A stretch of DNA of 32,000 nucleotides from Flavobacteriaceae bacterium (GCA_965224465.1 OZ245049.1:5190001-5222000), one strand, 5' to 3'; shown: positions 18,192 through 27,825, counted from the stretch's first letter. Notes: generated from the letters alone by a model not told the origin. A program made the numbers and translations.

Positions 18192-18199
18192 CAAATGTA
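18192..18199 (-). promoter_or_regulatory. Bacteroidetes-type -7 box (TAcaTTTG on the minus strand) upstream of the formimidoyltransferase gene
   Basis: CAAAtgTA on the + strand, 22 nt upstream of the start codon at 18170. Confidence 0.4.
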
Positions 18200-18263
18200 G
18201 AAAGATAATTTTATTTATTCATGATATTCTTCATGAAATAGGAAAGGAGACTAAAAATAGTTT

Positions 18264-18271
18264 TACTTTTG
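18264..18271 (+). promoter_or_regulatory. Bacteroidetes-type -7 box (TActTTTG) upstream of the epimerase gene
   Basis: Exact TAnnTTTG match, 25 nt upstream of the ATG at 18296. Confidence 0.4.
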
Positions 18272-18295
18272 TACGGTACAATAAAGTGAATATTT

Positions 18296-19345
18296 ATGAA
18301 GCGTATTTTAGTCACCGGTATGGCCGGTTTTATTGGGTATCATTTATCAAAACTATTAAAAACAGAAGGGTATGAGGTGGTTGGGATAGATAATCTGAAT
18401 GATTATTATGATCCACAACTAAAATTAACTCGCTTGGAAAACTTAGGGATTTCGACAGGTAATATTGAATATAATCAAGCCCTAGTTGCAAATAACTGTA
18501 CCTTTTATAAATTAGATCTAACCGATTTAGAAAATTTAAAATCATTATTTGAAAAATATAGATTTGATGTAGTGATTAACTTAGCTGCACAGGCAGGGGT
18601 TCGCTATTCTATAGAAAATCCACACGTTTATATAGATAGTAATATAAGTGGTTTTCTTAATATTTTGGAAGCCTGTAGAGCATTCCCCGTAAAACATTTA
18701 ATTTTTGCTTCTTCTAGCTCGGTGTATGGATTGACGGAAGAGTTGCCTTTTCAGGAAGATAATTGTACAGACCATCCTATTTCTTTATATGCGGCAAGTA
18801 AAAAGGCCAACGAAATGATGGCGCATTCCTATGCTAATTTATACAATATTCCGTGTACTGGCTTGCGATTTTTTACGGTATATGGTCCTTTGGGAAGGCC
18901 TGATATGGCTTACTATATTTTTACAAAAGCCATGTTAGAAGGAAAGGAATTTGACGTGTTTAATAATGGAGAAATGAGTCGTGATTTTACCTATGTAGAT
19001 GATATTGTAGAAAGTATCAAGCGATTGATGCCATTGCCTCCCCAAAAGAACAATCCGAAATTTGACGCTAAAAAACCGAGTACTTCAAAAAGTTCTCAGC
19101 CTTATCAAATATTTAATATAGGAAATAATAGCCCTGTTGCATTGATGGATTATATCAAGGCGATAGAAAAAGCATTAGGCATTAAAGGGAAAATTAATTT
19201 TAAACCCATGCAAGCGGGTGATGTTGTTTCTACCTATGCGGATGTATCAAGCTTATTTGAATATATTAATTTTAAACCGTCGACATCTGTAGAGGAAGGG
19301 ATTGCCGCTTTTGTAAAATCGTATAAAGCGTATTATAAGAAATAG
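18296..19345 (+). CDS. NAD-dependent nucleotide-sugar epimerase (UDP-glucuronate 4-epimerase-like SDR)
   Basis: VTGMAGFIGYHL Rossmann motif and YAASKKANE (YxxxK) catalytic motif. The 349-aa length fits an extended SDR. Confidence 0.85.
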   Translation: MKRILVTGMAGFIGYHLSKLLKTEGYEVVGIDNLNDYYDPQLKLTRLENLGISTGNIEYNQALVANNCTFYKLDLTDLENLKSLFEKYRFDVVINLAAQAGVRYSIENPHVYIDSNISGFLNILEACRAFPVKHLIFASSSSVYGLTEELPFQEDNCTDHPISLYAASKKANEMMAHSYANLYNIPCTGLRFFTVYGPLGRPDMAYYIFTKAMLEGKEFDVFNNGEMSRDFTYVDDIVESIKRLMPLPPQKNNPKFDAKKPSTSKSSQPYQIFNIGNNSPVALMDYIKAIEKALGIKGKINFKPMQAGDVVSTYADVSSLFEYINFKPSTSVEEGIAAFVKSYKAYYKK

Positions 19346-19351
19346 CTTGCG

Positions 19352-20542
19352 TTATTGAGCACTAATTTTTAGCTTAACGTTAAAATACAAATAAACATAC
19401 CGTACGTACAAGGCTAAAATCATGGGAATAAGTGCGGTGTTAAATTGTTGAATTTCTAAAAACCATACCACTAGCATCAGGTCTAATAAAAGTAGGACTA
19501 ACAAAAGATAGTATTGAACCCATTTTTTAATGGTTGTTTTTAAAAACAAAAACGAAAGGATAATATTTGGAGCAAATGCCCATAAAAAATTCAAGTTTTT
19601 GTAGGTCGCTGTATGATCTGTAGCAAACCATAATAATAGGACAAGCACGCCTACAATTCCTGTTCCGAAGAACAGTATAAAATCCAATAATTTTGAACGT
19701 TGTTTTTTCTTAAAATCGGTATAGGTAATATAGGATACAATCAGTAAAATAATCGTAAAAAGTAGCAGTGGATAATATCCAAAAGCCATGGAGGAGTTTA
19801 GAAAAGGAGGGATTAAATCTTTTGTTTCTTTTATCAAAGGGATTTTCTTTTCTCCAATAGTAATAGTGGCGTTTGCAAATGCTTGCATCATATAATCGGG
19901 TAAGAAACGGTATTGGTCAAACGTAGCTCTTTTATCTATGACGGATCCAAGGGCTAAGTCAATTCCAAATTTACCCCAGGGATGTTGTTGGGTGTAATCT
20001 GCTATTAAATCTCGATGTGTTTTATTACTTGATAAATGTGCATTGGAATACTGAACGCTAGCTCCTAATACCTTAGAGACTACTTCTTCAAGTTTTGTAG
20101 CACAATTATCATAGAAAAAATCATAGCGATAGTCTTTGTTTTTAGGCAATGCGTTGTTTTCTAAAAAGGTGTAAAATAGCTGTACTTTTTCTGAGGGAAT
20201 ATTTAGTACTTGCTCTTTTATCCATCTTTTTTCATACGTATAGTTTCGTAAAAATCGTCCTGTATCTGAGGTTCCCAATTGATAAATAAGTTTTCCTTTG
20301 ACAAAATTTAAATAGAAACTAGGTGCATTAAAATCAAATGTTCCATAATTATATATTCGGTCAACACCTAGTGTTGGGTCTTTTATTCTGAAAGCACTGT
20401 GTCCAAAAGTAGTGAATAACTCCGAACCAGGACCGCAAGTAATAATGCTTACGGAAGCGTTATTAGTTAAGGTTTGTTGCGCAATTATTGGACTGTATCC
20501 AATAAGAATTAAGCAGATAAGGGTAAAAAAACGTTGTATCAT
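19352..20542 (-). CDS. DUF4105-family protein (periplasmic N-domain + C-terminal TM helices)
   Basis: Signal peptide, a GHSAFRI...YNYGTFDF segment typical of DUF4105/Lnb N-terminal domains, and four or more C-terminal hydrophobic helices. Confidence 0.7.
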   Translation of the reverse strand: MIQRFFTLICLILIGYSPIIAQQTLTNNASVSIITCGPGSELFTTFGHSAFRIKDPTLGVDRIYNYGTFDFNAPSFYLNFVKGKLIYQLGTSDTGRFLRNYTYEKRWIKEQVLNIPSEKVQLFYTFLENNALPKNKDYRYDFFYDNCATKLEEVVSKVLGASVQYSNAHLSSNKTHRDLIADYTQQHPWGKFGIDLALGSVIDKRATFDQYRFLPDYMMQAFANATITIGEKKIPLIKETKDLIPPFLNSSMAFGYYPLLLFTIILLIVSYITYTDFKKKQRSKLLDFILFFGTGIVGVLVLLLWFATDHTATYKNLNFLWAFAPNIILSFLFLKTTIKKWVQYYLLLVLLLLDLMLVVWFLEIQQFNTALIPMILALYVRYVYLYFNVKLKISAQ

Positions 20543-20548
20543 AATAAA

Positions 20549-21535
20549 TTATTGATTGCAAATATCGGTGATATGATGTTGATGTAGGAAGTGAATTAGT
20601 TTTTTTTCTAACCATTGTTCCGATTTTCCTATAAAAGGGTGATTAAACCCTACGTGACCACCAAAAGTTGTAGGCATAAAATGGAGGTATTTGTTTGCTT
20701 TTGCTTCTTCAAAGGGATGACACGTTTTACTTAAAAACGAATCGTCCAGGGCATTGATCAATAGGGTAGGGATGGTGATTTTACTTAAAAAAGGCTTGCA
20801 ACTGTTTTGTTTCCAATAGTCTTGTGCATCTTTAAACCCAAAGAGTGGTGCGGTAACAGCCGTATCAAAATCATAAAAATTTTCTGCGTTTTTTACTGCT
20901 TTTTTATGAATAATAGCATTGGGGTGTTTGTGGAGTTTCTGAAATGTCTTTTTTTTCAAGGAACGAAGAAACCGCTGCATAAATATATAATTTCTTTTTT
21001 TGGAGAGCGCTATAGATGCCCCTTCTAAATCACAGGGGACAGAAACCGCCATCGCACAAGTTATTTTTGGGTCGATGTTTTTTGTTTCTCCTAAGTATTT
21101 AAGTACAATGTTTCCGCCCATGCTAAACCCTAAAAGGCATAGGTTGGAGTAGTTAAATTTTTGAAGGATATATTGAATAGTGCAGGCTAAATCGTCTGTT
21201 TTTCCACTGTGATAACTTGCTAGTTTTAAATTGTCCTCACCACTACAAGACCTAAAATTAAGTGCTGCGACACTTATTTTTTGAGTTTTTAGATAGTTTG
21301 CAATAGCTTTTATATAAACAGATTGACTGCTTCCTTCTAGCCCGTGGAGTATTATAACAATGGTGTTTGAGTTTTGATGTACAAAATCAATGTCTAAAAA
21401 ATCAGCATCTAAGGTAGAAATTCGACTCCTTGTATAGCTAGTATCTTTTCTACTAGTGAAGGTTCTGTACGCGGTATTTATAAAACCATGTCTTAGCATA
21501 GGAGAGGGATGGTACGTGTTTTCTAGAATAGGCAT
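20549..21535 (-). CDS. alpha/beta-fold hydrolase (YheT/ABHD-like)
   Basis: HGLEGSS, nucleophile elbow GFSMGGN, and a C-terminal D...H region (DDSF, GGHVGF). It lies 6 nt upstream of the DUF4105 gene and is probably in an operon with it. Confidence 0.8.
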   Translation of the reverse strand: MPILENTYHPSPMLRHGFINTAYRTFTSRKDTSYTRSRISTLDADFLDIDFVHQNSNTIVIILHGLEGSSQSVYIKAIANYLKTQKISVAALNFRSCSGEDNLKLASYHSGKTDDLACTIQYILQKFNYSNLCLLGFSMGGNIVLKYLGETKNIDPKITCAMAVSVPCDLEGASIALSKKRNYIFMQRFLRSLKKKTFQKLHKHPNAIIHKKAVKNAENFYDFDTAVTAPLFGFKDAQDYWKQNSCKPFLSKITIPTLLINALDDSFLSKTCHPFEEAKANKYLHFMPTTFGGHVGFNHPFIGKSEQWLEKKLIHFLHQHHITDICNQ

Positions 21536-21613
21536 AGCAGGTTGTTAAACAAAGTTGAAAATTAGTCATTTTAATGGGGAACTATTTAGTATTTTTACGA
21601 AAATTTAGAATCC

Positions 21614-22363
21614 ATGAGCATAAAAAAACACATTCCTAATATTATTACCTTGTTAAACTTGTTTTGTGGTGTTCTTGCCGTAATTTTTGCTGTTCAAGAT
21701 TTTTTATTGATAGCGAGTTTTTTAATTTTATTAGGGATTTTCTTTGATTTTTTTGACGGATTTTTTGCGCGTTTATTAAAGGTTTCGGGAGAATTAGGAA
21801 AACAGTTGGATTCTTTGGCAGATATGGTGACTAGTGGAGTTGCTCCAGGGGTAATTATGATGCTGTTGATTAAGAATAGTTTGCCTACACATAGTGATTC
21901 GTTTTTGACAGGTATTATTACTCCAAATAGTCTTCTCGCCCTAGTCGGCTTACTTATTCCGTTGGCTTCTGCGTATAGATTGGCAAAATTTAATATAGAC
22001 ACACGTCAAACTTCCTCTTTTATAGGGCTACCTACACCTGCATTTACTTTGGTGGTTGTTGCATTGCCCTTAATTGTAGCGTATAGTAATTTTTCTTGGG
22101 CTTTGGAGATGATTCAAACGCCTTGGGTATTAATTTTAATTACAGTTTTTGGCTGTTATGCAATGAATGCAGAAATTCCATTGTTTGCTCTAAAATTTAA
22201 AGATTATACATGGAAAAACAACAAGATTAAATTTAGTTTTTTAGGCTTGAGTATCCTGTTATTGATCGGAGTACAATTTGTAGCTATCCCATTAATCATC
22301 ATTATGTATGTGCTTTTTTCAGTGCTTGAGAATCGTAATAAAAGCAGTAAGAATAAAAAGTAA
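21614..22363 (+). CDS. pssA: CDP-diacylglycerol--serine O-phosphatidyltransferase (CDP-alcohol phosphatidyltransferase family)
   Basis: DFFDGFFARLLKVSGELGKQLDSLADMV matches D-G-x2-A-R-x8-G-x3-D-x3-D. Multi-pass membrane protein of 249 aa. Confidence 0.88.
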   Translation: MSIKKHIPNIITLLNLFCGVLAVIFAVQDFLLIASFLILLGIFFDFFDGFFARLLKVSGELGKQLDSLADMVTSGVAPGVIMMLLIKNSLPTHSDSFLTGIITPNSLLALVGLLIPLASAYRLAKFNIDTRQTSSFIGLPTPAFTLVVVALPLIVAYSNFSWALEMIQTPWVLILITVFGCYAMNAEIPLFALKFKDYTWKNNKIKFSFLGLSILLLIGVQFVAIPLIIIMYVLFSVLENRNKSSKNKK

Positions 22364-22380
22364 GTATTATATTAGAAGTA

Positions 22381-22529
22381 ATACCAAATAAATTTCCAAG
22401 TGACAGTGTAGAAATGGAATTGTTTTTTGTTTTAGCTAGGCGGAAAACCATAGCTGTCGTTCTGTTTTTTAACAACGCTAGAGCGTAAAACAAACTATTT
22501 ATATTGGTCCTTTTAGACTGTATTGGTAT
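22381..22529 (+). repeat. repeat family, full copy E (short internal deletion, 3' arm more diverged)
   Basis: ataccaaataaatttccaagtgacagtgtagaaatggaattg...gttctgttttttaacaacgctagagcgtaaaacaaactatttata...ctgtattggtat. It starts 18 nt after the pssA stop codon. Confidence 0.88.
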
Positions 22530-22586
22530 AAGAACGCTGCATTAAAAATCGAGGGGTTTTTATAAAAAAGTATTGAGATTTTATAT

Positions 22587-22630
22587 AAAAACACCGCCTT
22601 TTCAATTGAAAAAGGCGGTGTTTTATTTTT
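22587..22630. terminator. strong bidirectional intrinsic terminator (serves lptB on the minus strand and pssA plus element E on the plus strand)
   Basis: aaaacaccgcctttt-caattg-aaaaggcggtgtttt is a near-perfect long palindrome, with A and T runs on both sides. Confidence 0.85.
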
Positions 22631-22717
22631 GTAAAGTCGTATCTTTATATTGATTTTTTTACAAGATAAAAGTTATAATAGCGTGGCTTGGTAGTAGGAT
22701 GTTGATTATAACTGTGA

Positions 22718-23452
22718 CTAAAATTTCTTTCGTTTCAACTCAAAATCCATTCCTAGATACACGCGACGTACGTTTTCGTCTGCGGCTAATTCTTCAGGAG
22801 TTCCTTCTTTAAGAATGCTTCCTTCGAACATTAAATAAGTCTTGTCCGTAATGGCAAGTGTTTCTTGAACATTATGATCGGTAATTAAAATGCCTATATT
22901 TTTTGTTTTTAATTTGGCTACAATACTTTGTATATCTTCTACAGCAATGGGATCAACCCCAGCAAAAGGTTCATCTAGTAAAATAAATTTAGGGTCAGAA
23001 GCCAAGCAACGGGCAATTTCTGTTCTTCTGCGTTCACCTCCAGAGAGTAAGTCTCCACGGTTTTTGCGGACACGTCCTAAGCTAAATTCCTCAATTAATT
23101 CTTCTAGTTTTTCTTTTTGTTCCGCTTTTGTTCTATCAGTAAATTCTAGTACTGATAAAATATTGTCCTCAACAGATAATTTCCTGAAAATTGAAGCTTC
23201 TTGAGCCAAGTATCCTATGCCGTTTTTTGCACGGGTATACATTGGGTCGTTTGTGATTTCTTTATCATCTAAATAAATATGCCCTTCATTGGGTTGTACC
23301 ATGCCCACAATCATATAAAAAGAGGTGGTCTTTCCTGCTCCGTTCGGCCCTAATAATCCAACAATTTCTCCTTGTTTTACTTCAACAGATACACCTTTTA
23401 CTACATAGCGTTTTCCGTATTTTTTCTTTATATTTTCTGCACGTAATATCAT
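22718..23452 (-). CDS. lptB: LPS export ABC transporter ATP-binding protein
   Basis: 244 aa. Walker [10 protein letters not shown], signature [13 protein letters not shown], Walker [13 protein letters not shown]. Size and C-terminal extension are typical of LptB. Confidence 0.9.
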   Translation of the reverse strand: MILRAENIKKKYGKRYVVKGVSVEVKQGEIVGLLGPNGAGKTTSFYMIVGMVQPNEGHIYLDDKEITNDPMYTRAKNGIGYLAQEASIFRKLSVEDNILSVLEFTDRTKAEQKEKLEELIEEFSLGRVRKNRGDLLSGGERRRTEIARCLASDPKFILLDEPFAGVDPIAVEDIQSIVAKLKTKNIGILITDHNVQETLAITDKTYLMFEGSILKEGTPEELAADENVRRVYLGMDFELKRKKF

Positions 23453-23761
23453 ATTCTGTTTTCTTATAGATTACATCTTATAGGATGCTTAATTGTTGAA
23501 ACGATAAAAACATCATTTCAGTCTGCCTTTTTTTATGTTTTTCTAGCAACCCTTTGTATTTATAGAACTGAGGTAAATATGCGGTTGCGATTGCTAGTTT
23601 TTTAGATACTTGTTCTTTTTATAATCCAGATTTATTGCCGTTTTACCCAATGGTATTTGATAGGTGTAATACCATTGGCTATCAAAGCTACTGTTTTTTA
23701 GATTTTAAATACTTTTTTATAAGCATCGGTATCTAAGTTAAATAAACGCTAGCTATTAAAA

Positions 23762-24583
23762 TTACTTTTTAAGTCCTACATTTTTTTTGTTTAATCGTTT
23801 TTCTACAATACTCGATATTTTGATGCTAATTTCATACAAAATAAGAATTGGAATGGCTACAATTATTTGGCTAATTATGTCTGGAGGGGTAATTATAGCT
23901 GCTATAATAAGGACGATTACAAGTGCATGCTTTCTGTATTTTTTCAGGAAAGCAGGAGTTACTAAGCCCATTTTTGATAAGAAATAAATGACAATAGGCA
24001 ATTCAAATATCAATCCAGAAGCCAGTACAGATGAACGTAAAAGGGCTATATATGACCCGATTTTGATGTTCCGCGCTACTTGATCACTTACAGAATAAGA
24101 TCCTAAGAAGTTTACAGACAATGGGGTTACTACATAATAACCAAACGCGACTCCTAAAAAGAATAACAAAGAGGAAATTACGATAAAAACTTTTGCGTTT
24201 TTTCTTTCACTTGAATATAGACCAGGACTTATAAATACCCAAAATTCGTGGATAATATAAGGAAAAGCCACTATAAATCCAAAAGTTAGCGAAGTCCATA
24301 TATGAACAGAAAATTGTTCTGCCATGGCTAAACTCTGGAAGGTAAATGGTATTTCTGTTATACATAGTCCTTCTGCATGTAATAATTTACTTACACTACA
24401 GAAAAACCGATATGTAACAAATTGAGGGTCTTTTGGAGCAAATATGATGGTGTTAAAGATAAAATCTTTCATTACAAATGCAACAATTGCAATTACTAAA
24501 ATTGCCAAAATACATCTTATTAGATGCCACCTAAGTTCTTCTAGGTGGTCTAAAAACGACATTTCATTTACTTTTTTGTTCAT
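23762..24583 (-). CDS. tatC: twin-arginine translocase subunit TatC
   Basis: MSFLDHLEELRWHLIR N-terminal signature and six predicted TM helices, 273 aa. The start codon directly abuts the kpsF stop. Confidence 0.92.
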   Translation of the reverse strand: MNKKVNEMSFLDHLEELRWHLIRCILAILVIAIVAFVMKDFIFNTIIFAPKDPQFVTYRFFCSVSKLLHAEGLCITEIPFTFQSLAMAEQFSVHIWTSLTFGFIVAFPYIIHEFWVFISPGLYSSERKNAKVFIVISSLLFFLGVAFGYYVVTPLSVNFLGSYSVSDQVARNIKIGSYIALLRSSVLASGLIFELPIVIYFLSKMGLVTPAFLKKYRKHALVIVLIIAAIITPPDIISQIIVAIPILILYEISIKISSIVEKRLNKKNVGLKK

Positions 24584-25549
24584 TTAGAAAATTCCTTCTT
24601 TGATTAAATCGTGTAAATGTACTACTCCTTTATAAGAACCGTTATCAGCTACTAAGAGCGAAGTTATATGATTACTTTCCATAAGTTCTAAGGCTTGTAC
24701 AGCCATTGCGTCTGATGCAATGGTTTTAGGGTTGTGGCTCATGATGTCTTGAGCAGATAATTTCGTGAAATTATCGGTATTGGTCAGCATCCTTCGAATG
24801 TCTCCGTCTGTTATAACACCTACAATCAAGTCGTTTTCTAAAACGGCTGTGGTTCCAAGGCGTTTTTCTGAAATTTCAATAATCACTTCCTTTACATTAG
24901 TCGTGGTTTGTACAAGTGGTTTTTCGTTGTTTTCCAACAGGTCTTTAACACGTAGGTAGAGTTTTTTTCCCAAGGCGCCACCAGGATGGTATTTTGCAAA
25001 GTCCTTACTGGTAAAATCATTGAGGTTTAAAAGGCAGACTGCGAGTGCATCACCTAAAACTAATTGTGCTGTTGTGCTAGAAGTCGGAGCCAAATTATTA
25101 GGACACGCTTCCTTTTCTACATACGCATTCAGAACAAAATCTGCATTTGTGCCTAAAAATGATTCTTTATTACCCGTAAGTGCAATAATTTTATTTCCAT
25201 AATTTTTTATCAAAGGAATGAGTACTTTTATCTCTGGAGTGTTTCCGCTTTTTGAGATACAAATAACAACATCATTTTGTTGTATGGTTCCTAAGTCTCC
25301 ATGTATAGCATCGGCTGCGTGCATGAAAATGGCAGGAGTTCCAGTTGAATTTAGGGTAGCGACAATCTTTGTAGCGATATTGGCGCTTTTCCCGATACCG
25401 GTTACAATTACCCTTCCATTTGAATTGTGGATAAAATTAACAGAGTTTTCAAAATCTACATCAATTAAATTGACTAAATTCGCAATCGCTTTACTTTCAA
25501 TTAAAATTGTCTGTTGAGCGTTCTTAATTATATTATTTTTGCTTTTCAA
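24584..25549 (-). CDS. kpsF: KpsF/GutQ-family arabinose-5-phosphate isomerase (SIS + tandem CBS domains)
   Basis: SIS motif VTGIGKSANIATKIVATLNSTGTPA followed by two CBS repeats. The start appears to be TTG. Confidence 0.88.
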   Translation of the reverse strand: MKSKNNIIKNAQQTILIESKAIANLVNLIDVDFENSVNFIHNSNGRVIVTGIGKSANIATKIVATLNSTGTPAIFMHAADAIHGDLGTIQQNDVVICISKSGNTPEIKVLIPLIKNYGNKIIALTGNKESFLGTNADFVLNAYVEKEACPNNLAPTSSTTAQLVLGDALAVCLLNLNDFTSKDFAKYHPGGALGKKLYLRVKDLLENNEKPLVQTTTNVKEVIIEISEKRLGTTAVLENDLIVGVITDGDIRRMLTNTDNFTKLSAQDIMSHNPKTIASDAMAVQALELMESNHITSLLVADNGSYKGVVHLHDLIKEGIF

Positions 25550-25594
25550 AAGTTAAAAATTTTCTGGTTTAAAAAAATGTATTATCTTTAGTTG

Positions 25595-25602
25595 CAAATG
25601 TA
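25595..25602 (-). promoter_or_regulatory. Bacteroidetes-type -7 box (TAcaTTTG on the minus strand) upstream of kpsF-tatC
   Basis: CAAAtgTA on the + strand, 46 nt upstream of the kpsF start, in the divergent spacer shared with recQ. Confidence 0.35.
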
Positions 25603-25625
25603 TCTAAAATTAGATTAATAATAGA

Positions 25626-27824
25626 ATGAATAGTAAGGAAATTGATTTACACAAATCACTAAAACAGTATTTTGGTTTTGACCAATTCAAGGGGCTGCAA
25701 GAAGTTGTTATTCGTAGTATTCTGAACGAAGAGAACACTTTTGTGATTATGCCTACAGGTGGTGGGAAATCGCTATGTTACCAATTACCCGCATTGATTA
25801 ATGAAGGGACGGCAATTGTAGTGTCCCCATTAATTGCCTTGATGAAGAATCAAGTAGATGCCATTCGTGGTATTTCTTCTGAATACGGTATTGCTCATGT
25901 GTTAAATTCTTCTTTAAATAAAGGAGAAATTGCCCAAGTTAAAAGTGATATTGAAAGTGGGGTTACCAAATTGTTGTACGTTGCTCCAGAATCTCTCACA
26001 AAAGAGGAATATGTGGAGTTTCTAAAAGCGCAAAAAATTTCATTTGTAGCGATTGATGAAGCGCATTGTATTTCGGAATGGGGACACGATTTTAGACCCG
26101 AGTATAGGAATTTAAGAAATATTATCAAACAGATAAGTGATGTGCCTATTATAGGACTCACCGCTACTGCTACCGAAAAGGTACAAGAAGATATTTTGAA
26201 AACCTTAGGAATGTCTGATGCCAATACTTTTAAAGCATCCTTTAATAGACCTAACTTATTTTACGATGTACGCTCTAAAACAAAAAATATAAATGCTGAT
26301 ATTATCCGTTTTATAAAAAAACGAGAAGGGAAATCAGGGATTATCTATTGTTTGAGCCGTAAAAAAGTAGAAGAGATTGCTCAAGTACTACAGGTAAATG
26401 GAATAAAAGCGGTGCCTTACCATGCTGGATTGGATGGGAAAACACGTGCTCGACATCAAGATATGTTTTTGATGGAGGATATAGATGTAGTAGTTGCGAC
26501 TATTGCCTTTGGAATGGGAATAGACAAACCAGATGTTCGCTTTGTGATTCACCATGATATTCCTAAAAGTTTGGAAAGTTATTACCAAGAAACAGGACGT
26601 GCGGGTAGAGATGATGGTGAAGGCTATTGCTTGGCTTATTATGCATATAAAGATATTGAAAAACTTGAAAAATTCTTAGCAGGAAAACCTGTTGCAGAAC
26701 AAGAGATAGGACATGCATTACTACAAGATGTAGTGGGCTATTGTGAAACCTCTGTGTCTAGACGTAAGTATTTGTTGCATTATTTTGGGGAGGAATTTGA
26801 TGAGGTTAATGGCCTAGGTGCGGAAATGGACGATAACACCAAAAATCCAAAAGTAAAAACCGAAGCTAAAGATGAACTGAAATTATTGCTGGAAATAATT
26901 TTATTGACAAAAGAAAAATACAAAGCTAAAGACGTTGTGAGTACCATCGTTGGAGCAGCAAATGCAATGTTAAAATCTCATAAAACAGATTTACAACCAT
27001 TTTTTGCCAAGGGGAAAGATAAGAGTGATAAGTACTGGACAGCATTGATTCGTCAAGCGCTTGTAAATGGGTTTCTTTCAAAAGAAATAGAACAATACGG
27101 AGTGTTGAAAATGACAGAGAAGGGGAGAAGTTTTATAGAAACTCCTTACTCTTTTATGATGACCGAAGACCATTTGTACGAAGAAGAAGATGACCATCAT
27201 ATAATAAGCGATATTAAAAGTGGAGGAGCTGCTGCAGATATTGTGTTGATGAAAATGTTGAAAGAATTACAAAAATCAGTCGCTAAAAAACAAGGAGTAC
27301 CGCCGTATGCTGTTTTTACAGAGCCGTCTTTAGAAGATATGTCACTTAAATATCCTATTACCTTATCCGAACTTACAAATATTTTTGGTGTAGGAGAAGG
27401 AAAAGCACGTAAATTCGGGAAACCTTTTGTAGAACTTATAGCAGAATATGTTGCCGATCATGAGGTAATGCGTCCAGATGATTTTGTTGTCAAGAGTACA
27501 GGTGAAAACTCTGGTTTAAAGCTGTTTATTATACAAAATACAGATCGTAAAATCCCTTTAGAGGATATTGCAAAATCCAAAGGCTTGCAATTTGACGATT
27601 TGATTGCAGAATTACAGCGTATTGTATATAGTGGTACTAAATTAAATATTAACTATCATTTAGATGATATTTTAGACGAAGACCAACAAGAAGAAATATT
27701 TGACTATTTTATGGAATCTGAAACCGATAAAATAGAAGATGCATTAGAAGAATTTGACGGGGATTACGACCTTGAAGAACTCCGTTTGATGCGAATAAAG
27801 TTTATTAGCGATGTAGCTAATTAA
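25626..27824 (+). CDS. recQ: ATP-dependent DNA helicase RecQ
   Basis: 732 aa. Motifs MPTGGGKSLCYQLPA, DEAHCISEWGHDFRPEY and TIAFGMGIDKPDVRFVIH, plus RQC and HRDC regions. Confidence 0.96.
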   Translation: MNSKEIDLHKSLKQYFGFDQFKGLQEVVIRSILNEENTFVIMPTGGGKSLCYQLPALINEGTAIVVSPLIALMKNQVDAIRGISSEYGIAHVLNSSLNKGEIAQVKSDIESGVTKLLYVAPESLTKEEYVEFLKAQKISFVAIDEAHCISEWGHDFRPEYRNLRNIIKQISDVPIIGLTATATEKVQEDILKTLGMSDANTFKASFNRPNLFYDVRSKTKNINADIIRFIKKREGKSGIIYCLSRKKVEEIAQVLQVNGIKAVPYHAGLDGKTRARHQDMFLMEDIDVVVATIAFGMGIDKPDVRFVIHHDIPKSLESYYQETGRAGRDDGEGYCLAYYAYKDIEKLEKFLAGKPVAEQEIGHALLQDVVGYCETSVSRRKYLLHYFGEEFDEVNGLGAEMDDNTKNPKVKTEAKDELKLLLEIILLTKEKYKAKDVVSTIVGAANAMLKSHKTDLQPFFAKGKDKSDKYWTALIRQALVNGFLSKEIEQYGVLKMTEKGRSFIETPYSFMMTEDHLYEEEDDHHIISDIKSGGAAADIVLMKMLKELQKSVAKKQGVPPYAVFTEPSLEDMSLKYPITLSELTNIFGVGEGKARKFGKPFVELIAEYVADHEVMRPDDFVVKSTGENSGLKLFIIQNTDRKIPLEDIAKSKGLQFDDLIAELQRIVYSGTKLNINYHLDDILDEDQQEEIFDYFMESETDKIEDALEEFDGDYDLEELRLMRIKFISDVAN

Positions 27825-27825
27825 T

